This document shows positions 9,856 to 19,416 of a stretch of DNA of 64,000 nucleotides, piece after piece. The notes beneath the pieces were generated by a model. The model made no database searches and was not told the origin of the DNA. It was given only the letters and a program-made list of their open reading frames with translations. The translations under genes were made by a program, and so were the position numbers. Source of the DNA: an uncultured Bacilli bacterium (GTDB lineage: Bacteria; Bacillota_I; Bacilli_A; RF39; UBA660); assembly GCA_910584655.1 (NCBI GenBank), contig CAJUBJ010000001.1:236086-300085 (forward strand), written 5' to 3'. Numbering within the stretch: the first letter of the stretch is position 1; the number at the start of each line of letters is the position of its first letter.

Positions 9856-10263
9856 ATGGAGTATGAAGTAATTAGAAGTGTTGATAAGGAACAATTGAAA
9901 AGAATTCAAGATGAATTTAATCGTTCTTATAATCCAGATAATTTAATGCTTGTAAAAGCTAATGGAATTGAAATAGGATTTGGAGTTGTTTTTTTTATAT
10001 GTGGACATTTAACAATAGAATATTATTTATTTAAAGAGTTTCAACATCAAGGATATGGTTCGATGTTTGTTAATGTTTTATCTGATTCAATTAGTGATAA
10101 ATATTCATTATATGATTCATTATATTTATTGATTCATAAAGATAATTTATCATCAATTAAAGTTGCACAAAAGTGTGGATATACAATAGATAGTAATGAT
10201 TGGGAATTTAGATGTATGATTAGTGATGATATGCCTGAATATTATTTGTATTCAAAAAAATAA
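9856..10263 (+). CDS. GNAT-family N-acetyltransferase-like protein
   Basis: QHQGYGSMFV resembles the Q/RxxGxG acetyl-CoA motif, and the size fits. AGGTGA sits 5 nt before the ATG at 9856. Confidence 0.45.
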   Translation: MEYEVIRSVDKEQLKRIQDEFNRSYNPDNLMLVKANGIEIGFGVVFFICGHLTIEYYLFKEFQHQGYGSMFVNVLSDSISDKYSLYDSLYLLIHKDNLSSIKVAQKCGYTIDSNDWEFRCMISDDMPEYYLYSKK

Positions 10264-10330
10264 TGAATATTATAAAGAACGTAAATTAAAAAAAATTTAA
10301 TTTATTATTTTATCGTATAACTTGTTTTGT

Positions 10331-10359
10331 TTGACTTTACCTAGTATCTTTGCTATAAT
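10331..10359 (+). promoter_or_regulatory. consensus sigma-A promoter of the rplU operon
   Basis: TTGACT, 17 bp spacer, TATAAT. Confidence 0.75.
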
Positions 10360-10365
10360 CTTGTT

Positions 10366-10446
10366 GTTTTGAAGCTTCATTCAAAACCGCACTAAAGAGG
10401 TTTAAGAACTTTAAAAGTCACCTTAAGGGCGCGTCTTAAATTTATA
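10366..10446 (+). promoter_or_regulatory. structured 5' leader of rplU (candidate L21 ribosomal-protein leader)
   Basis: About 95-nt leader between promoter and RBS. It has hairpin GTTTTGAA/TTCAAAAC (10366-10387) and a second GC-containing hairpin around CTTAAGGGCGCGTCTTAA. Firmicutes carry an L21 leader at this position. Confidence 0.5.
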
Positions 10447-10459
10447 AGGAGGTATGAAG

Positions 10460-10759
10460 ATGAAAGCTATATTTGTAACTGGTGGAAAACAATATTATGT
10501 TTCTGAAGGTGAAACTATCTACGTTGAAAAATTAGATAAAGAAGTTGGTTCTGAAGTTGAATTTACTGAAGTATTGTACGTTGATGGTGTTGCTGGTACT
10601 CCAGTTGTTGATGGTGCAAAAGTTGTTTGCTCTGTAGAAAAACAAGGAAAACAAAAAAAGGTTGTTGTTTTCAAATACAGACCTAAGAAAAAATTCCGTA
10701 ATAAACAAGGTCATAGACAACCATATACTAAGTTAACTGTTAAGAAAATTGTTAAATAG
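10460..10759 (+). CDS. rplU: 50S ribosomal protein L21
   Basis: [13 protein letters not shown]...[25 protein letters not shown] sits 7 nt before the ATG at 10460; the ATG at 10454 is too close to the RBS. Confidence 0.95.
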   Translation: MKAIFVTGGKQYYVSEGETIYVEKLDKEVGSEVEFTEVLYVDGVAGTPVVDGAKVVCSVEKQGKQKKVVVFKYRPKKKFRNKQGHRQPYTKLTVKKIVK

Positions 10760-10761
10760 TT

Positions 10762-11070
10762 ATGATTAAAGTAAATGTCAAAAGACAAAATGATAAAATT
10801 TATGAACTTGTCATAAAGGGTCATTCTGGATATGATGAAATAGGTAAAGATATAGTATGTGCTGCTGTTAGTAGTATGTCTATAACTACTATTAATGGTA
10901 TCATAGCGTTGGATGATTCAATTGATTACGAAGAAAAATCTGGTTTACTTAAAATCAGAGTGTTAAGAGATACTGAGATAAATAGTAAGTTATTAGATAA
11001 CTTAGTTAGAATGCTTGAAGAATTAAGCATTCAGTATCCAAAAAATATTGAGATTAGAAATGAGGATTAA
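10762..11070 (+). CDS. prp: ribosomal-processing cysteine protease Prp (YsxB family)
   Basis: GHSGYDEIGKDIVCAAVS contains the catalytic His/Cys pair. Located between rplU and rpmA. Confidence 0.9.
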   Translation: MIKVNVKRQNDKIYELVIKGHSGYDEIGKDIVCAAVSSMSITTINGIIALDDSIDYEEKSGLLKIRVLRDTEINSKLLDNLVRMLEELSIQYPKNIEIRNED

Positions 11071-11358
11071 ATGATGAAATTTTTAAGTTTAAATATCCAA
11101 TTATTCGCTCACGTTAAAGCTCAAGGTTCTACTCAAAATGGTAGAGATTCTAGAGGTCGTAGATTAGGTGCTAAAGCAGCTGATGGACAAACAGTTTCTG
11201 CAGGTAGTATTTTATACCGTCAAAGAGGAACTAAGATTTATCCAGGCGTAAATGTTGGAATGGGTAAAGATCATACTTTATTCGCTAAAGTTTCTGGTGT
11301 AGTTAAATTTGAAAGACTAGGTAGAGACAAGAAAAAAGTTAGTGTTTACGAAGCTTAG
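11071..11358 (+). CDS. rpmA: 50S ribosomal protein L27 with cleavable N-terminal extension
   Basis: [17 protein letters not shown]...[23 protein letters not shown], preceded by [13 protein letters not shown], which matches the Prp cleavage-type propeptide. Confidence 0.95.
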   Translation: MMKFLSLNIQLFAHVKAQGSTQNGRDSRGRRLGAKAADGQTVSAGSILYRQRGTKIYPGVNVGMGKDHTLFAKVSGVVKFERLGRDKKKVSVYEA

Positions 11359-11363
11359 TTAAT

Positions 11364-11390
11364 AAAAGACCTTTTCTAAGGTCTTTTATT
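11364..11390 (+). terminator. intrinsic terminator after rpmA
   Basis: Stem AAAAGACCTT/AAGGTCTTTT with a TTCT loop and a T-rich tail. Confidence 0.75.
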
Positions 11391-11535
11391 TATGGTAAAA
11401 TAAAGCTATTAAGTAATAATATATAATAAAATTTGGTTCTATTTGTAAATAATGTTATAATATTTTTTATATTTTGGAATTAAGAAACATTTTATATTGT
11501 TTTTGATGTATATATATAGGAAAGGGTGTTGTAAG

Positions 11536-12813
11536 ATGTTCGTAGATGAAGTAGTTATCAAACTTATAGCTGGTAAAGGTGGAGACGGTTGTACCTCTTT
11601 TAGAAGAGAAAAGTTTATTCCGTTAGGTGGACCTAATGGAGGAAATGGTGGCAAAGGTGCAGATATTATTTTCGAAGTTGAAAAAGGTCTTAAAACTTTA
11701 ATTGACTTGAAATACAGAAAACAAATTAAAGGTGATAAAGGAGTAAATGGAAAAGGTTCTGATAAACATGGTGCTAAAGCAGAAGACGTAATAGTTAAAG
11801 TGCCAGAGGGAACAACTTTAATAGATCAAGATACTGGCTTGGTTATTTGTGATTTAGTAAAAGAAGGAGATTCTTTTGTTGTTTGTCATGGTGGACGTGG
11901 CGGAAGAGGTAATAAAGCTTTTGCAACACAAGAAAATCCAGCTCCTAAAATGAGTGAATATGGTGAACCAGGAGAAGAAAGAGTAATTAAGTGTGAATTA
12001 AAAATGCTAGCTGATGTTGGTTTAGTTGGAATGCCATCTGTTGGTAAAAGTACAATACTTTCTTTAATAAGTGGAGCTAATCCTAAGATAGCAGCTTATC
12101 ATTTTACTACTTTGAGTCCTAATTTAGGAGTTGTAAAATTAAAAGATCAAAGAGTATTTGTAATGGCAGACTTGCCTGGTTTAATCGAGGGTGCGTCAGA
12201 AGGTGCAGGGTTAGGAGAAAGATTCTTAAAACATGCAATGCGTACTAAAGTGGTTGGACATGTTATAGATATGGGTGCTTTTGAAGGAAGAAATCCTATT
12301 GATGATTATAAAGCTATTAGAAAAGAAATTGAAAATTACGATGAAAAGCTTGCACGCAAACCTGAATTAATTATTGCTAATAAGATGGATTTGCCTAATG
12401 CTAAAGAAAATTTATCGAAATTTAAAAATGAGTTTCCTGATTTGAATATTATCGAAATATCAGCTATGAATAGAGAAGGAATAGATAAAATGATTATGAT
12501 GCTAGCAGATATGCTAGATGAAGCAGAGTTAGAACCTTTATATGAAGAAACTAGTTATGAAAGTCATGTGATTTATAAATTTAAAAATGAAAAACCTTAT
12601 ACAATAACTAGAGATGATGAAGGAGTTTGGATTATTAAGGGCGCTGAAATTGAAAAACTATTTAGAATGACAAAATTTGAAGAAGATGAAGGCGTTAGAA
12701 GATTTGCGCGTAAGTTAAGAGGAATGGGCGTTGATGACGAACTTGAGCGTTTGGGTGCTGAAAAGGGCGACGATGTTCAGATTTTAGATTATATATTTAC
12801 ATTTAAAGATTAA
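11536..12813 (+). CDS. obg: GTPase Obg/CgtA
   Basis: MFVDEV...GGDGC.SFRREKF.P.GGPNGGNGG Obg fold; G1 GMPSVGKST, G3 DLPGLIEGA, G4 NKMD; C-terminal OCT domain. Confidence 0.95.
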   Translation: MFVDEVVIKLIAGKGGDGCTSFRREKFIPLGGPNGGNGGKGADIIFEVEKGLKTLIDLKYRKQIKGDKGVNGKGSDKHGAKAEDVIVKVPEGTTLIDQDTGLVICDLVKEGDSFVVCHGGRGGRGNKAFATQENPAPKMSEYGEPGEERVIKCELKMLADVGLVGMPSVGKSTILSLISGANPKIAAYHFTTLSPNLGVVKLKDQRVFVMADLPGLIEGASEGAGLGERFLKHAMRTKVVGHVIDMGAFEGRNPIDDYKAIRKEIENYDEKLARKPELIIANKMDLPNAKENLSKFKNEFPDLNIIEISAMNREGIDKMIMMLADMLDEAELEPLYEETSYESHVIYKFKNEKPYTITRDDEGVWIIKGAEIEKLFRMTKFEEDEGVRRFARKLRGMGVDDELERLGAEKGDDVQILDYIFTFKD

Positions 12814-12815
12814 AA

Positions 12816-12840
12816 AAGATGATTTATATCGTCTTTTTTT
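12816..12840 (+). terminator. intrinsic terminator after obg
   Basis: Stem AAGATGA/TCGTCTT (one G-U pair) followed by T7. Confidence 0.6.
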
Positions 12841-12933
12841 GTTTTTTGAAAAAATAAATAGGAGTAAAAGAAAGAAAATACTAGTAAGTTATGCTTTATA
12901 TATGGTAGAATTTTTATGGAAGGTAGTGTTAAT

Positions 12934-14328
12934 ATGAAATATGATGTAGTAATTATTGGTGCTGGTCCTGCTGGACTTTTTAGTGCCTATGAGCTTATAT
13001 CTAAGAATAAAGATTTAAAGGTAGCTATTTTGGATAAGGGATTCAGAGTACAAAAAAGGGTTTGTCCGATGAATAAAAATGGAGTACCATGCCAAAATTG
13101 TAATCCTTGTGCTATTTTAGCTGGGTATGGAGGAGCAGGTACTTTTAGTGATGGAAAACTTAATTTTATTCCTAGGCTTGGCAAAAGTGATTTAACTAAA
13201 TATATGCCAGAGAGTGAAGCTTATAAATTGATAGATGAAACAGAAGAAATATTTAATAAATTTAAGATGGATGCTGAAGTTTATCCAAGTAATATGGATG
13301 AAGCTAATGATATAAAGAAAAAAGTGGCTGTTGCTGGTGCAAAGTTATTATTAATTAAGCAAAAACACTTAGGAAGTGATCATTTGCCAGAATATATCGA
13401 TGGAATTTGTGACTATTTAGCAGAAAAAGGTGTTACTTTAATTGATAGAGCCGATGTAATTGATATAAAAACGCTTGATGTTGAAAATCATGAAATAACA
13501 TATTTAACAGGAAAAAATAAAACAATATTAAGTGCAAAAAATGTTATAGTTGCTCCTGGTAGAACTGGTGCTAAATGGATTCAAGAATTGGCAGATAAAT
13601 ATGATATTCCTTATCTTTCTCAGAGTATTGAAATTGGTGTTAGAGTAGAAGTAAGAAAAGAAATAATGGAAGAAATAACAAATGTTATATATGATCCTAC
13701 AATATTTATAAAAACAGATACATATGGTGATGAGATTAGAACTTTCTGTACGAATCCTGGTGGTTTTGTTGCTAAGGAAAACTATTATGGATATATATGT
13801 GTTAATGGTCATGCTTTGAAAGATTTAAAATCTAGTAATACTAATTTTGCATTTATTTCAAAAGTTAATTTGACTGAGCCTGTTACTAATACTCGTCTTT
13901 ATGGCGAATCTATTGCGAGAATTGCAAATGTTTTAGGAGATGGTAAACCGATTATACAATCTTTAAAAGATTTAAAAAGAGGAAGAAGAAGTGAATGGCA
14001 TAGAATCAATAAAGGATTTATTGAACCAACACTAAAAGATTGTGTAGCTGGGGACTTAGCGTTAGTTATGCCACATAGAATCATCTCTAACATTTTAGAG
14101 GGATTAGAGACTCTTGATAAAATTATTCCAGGTGTTGCTAATGATGATACTTTACTTTATGGTCCAGAAATAAAATTCTTTAGTAATGAAATTGAAACAG
14201 ATAATAATTTTAAATTAAAAAATGATAATATTTATTTTGTTGGGGATGGCGCTGGTAAAGCAGGAAATATTGTTACTGCAGCAGCAACAGGTTTGGTAGC
14301 AGCAAGAGATATATTAAATAGAAAATAA
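12934..14328 (+). CDS. FAD-dependent oxidoreductase (COG2509-like uncharacterised dehydrogenase)
   Basis: YDVVIIGAGPAGLFSA dinucleotide-binding motif and C-terminal YFVGDGAGKAGNIVTAAATG. GGAAGG RBS before the ATG at 12934. Confidence 0.7.
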   Translation: MKYDVVIIGAGPAGLFSAYELISKNKDLKVAILDKGFRVQKRVCPMNKNGVPCQNCNPCAILAGYGGAGTFSDGKLNFIPRLGKSDLTKYMPESEAYKLIDETEEIFNKFKMDAEVYPSNMDEANDIKKKVAVAGAKLLLIKQKHLGSDHLPEYIDGICDYLAEKGVTLIDRADVIDIKTLDVENHEITYLTGKNKTILSAKNVIVAPGRTGAKWIQELADKYDIPYLSQSIEIGVRVEVRKEIMEEITNVIYDPTIFIKTDTYGDEIRTFCTNPGGFVAKENYYGYICVNGHALKDLKSSNTNFAFISKVNLTEPVTNTRLYGESIARIANVLGDGKPIIQSLKDLKRGRRSEWHRINKGFIEPTLKDCVAGDLALVMPHRIISNILEGLETLDKIIPGVANDDTLLYGPEIKFFSNEIETDNNFKLKNDNIYFVGDGAGKAGNIVTAAATGLVAARDILNRK

Positions 14329-14337
14329 ATTTATAAA

Positions 14338-14370
14338 AAACATATAAAACTGAGATTTTATATGTTTTTT
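14338..14370 (+). terminator. intrinsic terminator
   Basis: Perfect 12-bp stem AAACATATAAAA/TTTTATATGTTT with a 6-nt loop and a T-run. Confidence 0.75.
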
Positions 14371-14424
14371 ACATTATTTAAAAGAAAAATGTTATTATAT
14401 TAGATGTTTGTGAAGGAGAATTGA

Positions 14425-15426
14425 ATGGAAGATTATAATAGTAAAAGAATTTTTCTCTCTCTATTGAACTTTCCTAAGAATATGTTTTTATTTAAATATT
14501 ATTTAAATAATATTAGGAGCTCTGTTAATTACGATGAGTGTGCTTTGGAAGTTGAAAAAGTATATAAGATGATGAAAAAAACGGCTGCTTATTATTATAA
14601 TGATTTGGGCGTGAATTTTTTATATGATCTTATGAAAAAAAGAGTATTATTGTGTGAAAGTATTTTAGGTGTAACTTCAATTACTGATGTTAGTACAGAT
14701 TTTTTTCTTGAAAATGAAAAATATGTTGGTAAGACTTTAAGCGATTTTAAGGAGACGCAAGACATACTTGATTTTATTGTTTGGCTAACTAGAAAAAATA
14801 TATTTGAACGTTTTAGGAGAGTTTATGGGGAAGGGTTTAATTTTGATGATATTGATTTGACGAATGAATGTTTAACTGTTAGCGTATATATAGAACTTTT
14901 ATGTAAAAAATATGGCATTGAATGTTTAACAATTAAAATTTTGCCTGCTTATACAGATAGAATTAAACTTTATGATGGGAATGGTTATCATTATTTTAAT
15001 TTAATCATTATAAATGGCGAATATTATTTGATGGATTGTACTTATAAGCAGTTTTTTAAAATGGATGAAAATTTGTTTGAAAGAATGGGGGTTCTAGGAT
15101 TAAATGGGGTATCGGTTGGGGCTTATATGAATGTCGATCATAGAAGAGAAAAAGTTGCAAAAGATATTTTGAAAAATGGTTGGATAAAAGCAGATAAAGA
15201 AAATATGAAAAATTATTTTGATGGTTTTACATTATCTTTTAGGAATGGTCTTTATTATGAAATTAAAGGAGATATTAATTATTCTGTTGATTATTCGATT
15301 GATGATTATAAAAGATTTATTTGGGGTGATGATGATTTATTTAAACATGAACCATATTATGGACTTGGAGTTCAAACATCTCCTTTAGAAGATTATAAAC
15401 TTGATTTTAAGCCTAGAAAAAGATGA
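14425..15426 (+). CDS. hypothetical protein with transglutaminase-like Cys-His-Asp core motif pattern
   Basis: NECLTVSVYIELLCKKYGIEC...GYHYFNLIIINGEYYLMDCTY fits the C...H...D arrangement of transglutaminase-like cysteine peptidases (inference by eye). Confidence 0.4.
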   Translation: MEDYNSKRIFLSLLNFPKNMFLFKYYLNNIRSSVNYDECALEVEKVYKMMKKTAAYYYNDLGVNFLYDLMKKRVLLCESILGVTSITDVSTDFFLENEKYVGKTLSDFKETQDILDFIVWLTRKNIFERFRRVYGEGFNFDDIDLTNECLTVSVYIELLCKKYGIECLTIKILPAYTDRIKLYDGNGYHYFNLIIINGEYYLMDCTYKQFFKMDENLFERMGVLGLNGVSVGAYMNVDHRREKVAKDILKNGWIKADKENMKNYFDGFTLSFRNGLYYEIKGDINYSVDYSIDDYKRFIWGDDDLFKHEPYYGLGVQTSPLEDYKLDFKPRKR

Positions 15427-15447
15427 TTTTATTCATCTTTTTTTATT
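15417..15447 (+). terminator. intrinsic terminator
   Basis: Stem AAGATGA/TCATCTT spanning the stop codon, followed by T7. Confidence 0.65.
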
Positions 15448-15555
15448 CCTTTTTTTGACATTTGTTGAATTTCTGAATATTTCGAAGATTTATATCTTAG
15501 AATAATAATAAGTAGTTTTTTTTCATTTTTTTTGATTTACTTTTAGATTGGTGAA

Positions 15556-15564
15556 TGTTATAAT
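15556..15564 (+). promoter_or_regulatory. extended -10 promoter element TGTTATAAT
   Basis: Exact TGnTATAAT 32 nt upstream of the ATG at 15596. Confidence 0.5.
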
Positions 15565-15595
15565 TTTGTTAATAGTATAGGAAGTGTGGTATAAC

Positions 15596-16867
15596 ATGTC
15601 TGAGAATAGTAAGAAAAAACCTTTAATATTAAGTACTTTAATATTATTTATGGCTGTTGTAGTTGTTACAGCCTATTGTTTAGTTCCGAGTAATGAGATT
15701 AAAGAACTTGAAAAATATAATATAAAATTTGATAGTGATGGTGGGAATTCTATCGCTGCTATAGAAATAGAGGAAGGAAGCTCTTTAAATGAATTACCTG
15801 AGGATCCAACTAGAGAAGGGTATATTTTTGTTGGATGGATGCTTGGTGATGAATTATATGATTTTAGTCAAGGAATTAGTGGTGATTTAACTTTAAAAGC
15901 TGGTTGGAAGAAAATAGAGGCAGATAAAGTTTACTATACTGTTTCTTTTGATACAAATGGTGGAACTACTTATGCAAATCAAGTTGTAGAAGAAGGAGAA
16001 CTTGCTACAAGACCAGCTACGTACCCAGTTAAAGATGGTTATACTTTTATTGGATGGCAACTTGATGGAACTGATTATGATTTTAATGCTCCAGTTATAA
16101 AAGATATTACAATTACTGCAAATTGGGAAGAAAACAAGACAGAAGACCCTAATCAACCAGATACACCAACTGACCCTAATCAAACATTTAATGTAAGATT
16201 TGATGCTAATGGTGGAGTACTTGGAAATGGCTGTGGTGTTCAAACTGTTAAGACTGGTACTAAAGCAACAAATAGTTGTCAGGTTACTAGAAATGGTTAT
16301 ACTTTTACAGGATGGAGTCCTAATATAACAAGAAATATTACTGCAGATACTACATTTAGAGCACAATGGAAGCAAAATCCAGTTGTTCCAGAAAAACAAT
16401 ATTTAACAGTTAAGTTTGATGCAAATGGTGGAAATATTTCATGCCCTCTTGGATTCCGTGTTGAATCTGGAACTTCTGTTTCAAACGCACTTAATATTGG
16501 TAAATGTGGTAGTCCAAATAGACAATATTATAATTTGACTGGATGGTCAACAAATATAAATGGTGGTGGGAATGTTACTACACTTACTGGAACTAATACT
16601 ACTGTCTTATATGCACAATGGGTTAAAAAGTCGTATAAGGTTTCTTGTGCAACATCTGGTGGAATCGCAGACCAAACTTGTACTTTAGCAATAAGTGGAT
16701 TAAATGCATCTGAAATTAAAAAATTGACTATTAATTATAAAGGCAGAGATGTTCCTGCACAAAAGGTTGGAAATGGCTTTGTATTTAATGTTAATGTTTG
16801 GAATGAGGGCGGTGCTATGAATATAGAAATAAATGGCCAAGATGGTATATTTAATGGAACGAAGTAA
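15596..16867 (+). CDS. membrane-anchored surface protein with four Listeria-Bacteroides (InlB B-repeat / Flg_new) repeats
   Basis: N-terminal TM. Four repeats of the form Y.V.FD.NGG......G....P..P.+.GY.F.GW......DF......D..L.A.W, with a Pro/Thr/Asp linker (EDPNQPDTPTDPNQ). Confidence 0.8.
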   Translation: MSENSKKKPLILSTLILFMAVVVVTAYCLVPSNEIKELEKYNIKFDSDGGNSIAAIEIEEGSSLNELPEDPTREGYIFVGWMLGDELYDFSQGISGDLTLKAGWKKIEADKVYYTVSFDTNGGTTYANQVVEEGELATRPATYPVKDGYTFIGWQLDGTDYDFNAPVIKDITITANWEENKTEDPNQPDTPTDPNQTFNVRFDANGGVLGNGCGVQTVKTGTKATNSCQVTRNGYTFTGWSPNITRNITADTTFRAQWKQNPVVPEKQYLTVKFDANGGNISCPLGFRVESGTSVSNALNIGKCGSPNRQYYNLTGWSTNINGGGNVTTLTGTNTTVLYAQWVKKSYKVSCATSGGIADQTCTLAISGLNASEIKKLTINYKGRDVPAQKVGNGFVFNVNVWNEGGAMNIEINGQDGIFNGTK

Positions 16868-16880
16868 GGAGATGCATTAT

Positions 16881-19325
16881 ATGAAAAAGAATATTTTAAA
16901 TAATTTGATTATAGCATTAATATTAATGATTTATGGTTTACCAGTTGTATCTGCTGAAGTATACCATTCATCAACTGTTGAAGATGGTAATTATGTGGCT
17001 GATGGAAGTTATATAATTGGAAACCATATGTTTTCTTATGATTATGATTTTACTGAATTATTTGATGGAAATGTTAATACTGCTGTTGTAATGTTTGGAT
17101 CTTCAAGTATTGATATTACAAATGTTAAAACTCAGGACGATATGGTTATATATTATAAAATAATGGATGATTTTTGGATTAACTCAATAACAGGTTCTGA
17201 TATTGAAAAAGTACCAGATAGCTTTGATATTTTATATGTTAATGGTAAATGTGTTGATCCAGTTTGTGGGGAAGAAGCAATTGAAGTTACTTTTAAACCA
17301 TCTGTAAATGATTCTTTTGAAGAAAAAAAGTCTTTGCTTAGTTATGGTGATAAAATAAGTGCTGATGCATTACCTTACGTTAAGTCTAGAGCTGGTTATG
17401 TTTTTAAAGGTTGGAGTATAGAGGAAACTTCTGAAATATTTGATTTAACTACTTCTGTTACAAATGATATGGTGTTAGTACCTAATTGGGAAGCAATTAA
17501 ATATAATGTAACTTATGAAAGTGAATTTGATGTTGATAGTAAAATTGAAAGAGAATGTTATTATGATGTTGAAGGAAACTCTTGTGAGTTTATAGAATAT
17601 ACAATAGCTACTAAACCTAATTATCATTTTGTAGGTTGGTCTACAATGAGTGAGGAAAGTGGCGCTGATAGAGTTGTATATAAAGTTGGTACTGATATGG
17701 CAACTGTTTTAGGTACAAATCCTGATGTTGTTTTATATGCTGTATGGGAACCAAATGAATATGAAATTACTTATGATTTGAATGGTGGAAGTTTTACTTC
17801 TGATAATATTATAAGAAAATATAATGCTGAGACAGAGGATATTCAGTTACCTTTACCAGTAAGAAATGGTTATAGTTTCAAATGGTGGAGCATTGATGAT
17901 AAAGAATATGATGGTAATAATTTGTATTCTGATATTAGACTAAAAGCTATTTGGGAAGAAAATTCTGTAACAGTTACATATGAAAATGAAACATATACTT
18001 GTTTATATAATGATTGTAAAGCTCCAAATGAAAGTCCAGTAAATACTGATAAATCTTTAGTATTTGATGGTTGGATGAGTGATAATGGTTATGTTTATGA
18101 GAATGGAGCAGCAATTACTGAAGATGATAAAATAGATGGAATGGTCAATTTAACTGCTAAATGGGCTAATAATGATAGATATTCTATTGATTATGATTTA
18201 GATGGTGGTACATTTGAAAATGGAACTCCAATAGTTATGTATAATAAGGATGAAACAAATATTACTATTCCAGAACCTAAAAAAATTGGATATACATTTA
18301 TGGGTTGGTCTGGTGCTACTTTCGAAGATGGTAAACTAATTACTACAAATTCTAATATGTCTATAAAGGCAAATTGGGAAAATAATACATATACTATTAA
18401 TTTTTATGATAAAAATAAAAATTTAGTTGATATTAGTGAATGTGTATATGATTCTGATGATGATTGTGAATTTAAAAAGTTTACTAGTACTCAATTATTT
18501 GATGATGAAAAAATTGAACTTTTAGGTTGGTCAAAAGAAGAACCTAAAGAAGGTACTTTAGAAGACATTTATTATGGTGTTAATGTTTCTGTTAGAAATC
18601 TTACTTCTGAAGCTAATGGTTATATAAATCTTTATCCTATTTATAAAGATAATAACGTTTATTATAATGTTAAATATATAATTCCTGATTTTGTTCAATT
18701 AAAAGAGGGTACTGATTTAGTAGAAGGTTCATTTAAAGAAGGAACAGAGCTTACTTTACCTGAATTAGAATTAAAAGAAAATGCTGATGAATATACATTT
18801 GTTGGCTGGAAAATAAATGATGTTCAATTAGAAGAAAATAAAAATACATTTATTGTTGATTCTGCAACTACTGTTGAAGCTGTATGGGAGAAGGTTGCTC
18901 CAGAACAAGTATTTAATACTTATAAAATGGATTTTAGTTATCAAGGTGTAAAATTTGGCGACGTTAGTTTAAAAACTTATCTTAAACCAATTACTGAGAA
19001 TGAAGGTGTTTATGCTTTTGATAACGAATTTGTAAATGTTGAATCTGACGATAGCGAATTGCAAGTTACTATTTTAGATGTTGATATGTCAAATGAAAAT
19101 ATGGATGCTTCTATTTTAGGAAAATACAGTTTATCTCTTTATCAAGGAGACTTGCTGATAGGAACTATTACTTTAAATACTTCAGAGAATCTTATCTATA
19201 AAAATGAGGAAAATTTGGAGTTAACTGAAAATTGTATGGTATTTGTAGAAGATGGATATAAAGTAGTTTTGACTAATGTAGAAACTTCAGAAGAAGTTAT
19301 AATTGAGCCTTCTTCAGAATTATAG
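16881..19325 (+). CDS. secreted protein with about seven Listeria-Bacteroides repeats and unique N- and C-terminal domains
   Basis: Signal peptide MKKNILNNLIIALILMIYGLPVVSA|EV. GY.F.GW / ...W repeat endings recur about 7 times (e.g. YEITYDLNGGSF...RNGYSFKWW, YSIDYDLDGGTF...IGYTFMGW). I saw no LPXTG or other wall anchor. Confidence 0.8.
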   Translation: MKKNILNNLIIALILMIYGLPVVSAEVYHSSTVEDGNYVADGSYIIGNHMFSYDYDFTELFDGNVNTAVVMFGSSSIDITNVKTQDDMVIYYKIMDDFWINSITGSDIEKVPDSFDILYVNGKCVDPVCGEEAIEVTFKPSVNDSFEEKKSLLSYGDKISADALPYVKSRAGYVFKGWSIEETSEIFDLTTSVTNDMVLVPNWEAIKYNVTYESEFDVDSKIERECYYDVEGNSCEFIEYTIATKPNYHFVGWSTMSEESGADRVVYKVGTDMATVLGTNPDVVLYAVWEPNEYEITYDLNGGSFTSDNIIRKYNAETEDIQLPLPVRNGYSFKWWSIDDKEYDGNNLYSDIRLKAIWEENSVTVTYENETYTCLYNDCKAPNESPVNTDKSLVFDGWMSDNGYVYENGAAITEDDKIDGMVNLTAKWANNDRYSIDYDLDGGTFENGTPIVMYNKDETNITIPEPKKIGYTFMGWSGATFEDGKLITTNSNMSIKANWENNTYTINFYDKNKNLVDISECVYDSDDDCEFKKFTSTQLFDDEKIELLGWSKEEPKEGTLEDIYYGVNVSVRNLTSEANGYINLYPIYKDNNVYYNVKYIIPDFVQLKEGTDLVEGSFKEGTELTLPELELKENADEYTFVGWKINDVQLEENKNTFIVDSATTVEAVWEKVAPEQVFNTYKMDFSYQGVKFGDVSLKTYLKPITENEGVYAFDNEFVNVESDDSELQVTILDVDMSNENMDASILGKYSLSLYQGDLLIGTITLNTSENLIYKNEENLELTENCMVFVEDGYKVVLTNVETSEEVIIEPSSEL

Positions 19326-19335
19326 AATAAAAGAA

Positions 19336-19362
19336 AAAATTGATAGAAATATCAATTTTTTT
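19336..19362 (+). terminator. intrinsic terminator
   Basis: Perfect 10-bp stem AAAATTGATA/TATCAATTTT with a GAAA loop and a T-run. Confidence 0.75.
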
Positions 19363-19407
19363 GTGACTTATTATTAATTCTTTAATCTTGTTTAAAATGT
19401 ATATAAA

Positions 19408-19416
19408 TGATATAAT
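19408..19416 (+). promoter_or_regulatory. extended -10 element TGATATAAT upstream of the tad-like operon
   Basis: TGnTATAAT about 45 nt upstream of the first tad-like gene. Confidence 0.45.

Noticed and set aside
13528-13812. Minus-strand ORFs (12987-13184, 13528-13812, 13899-14093) inside the FAD oxidoreductase gene
   Set aside because: These are antisense shadows of a gene with strong motifs. Their composition is typical of non-coding reverse frames.
15893-16399. 168-aa ORF on the minus strand inside the first repeat-protein gene
   Set aside because: It lies entirely antisense within a well-supported gene. The product is low-complexity and Ser/Ile/Cys/Phe-rich, typical of the reverse frame of AT-rich coding DNA. 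It has no RBS.
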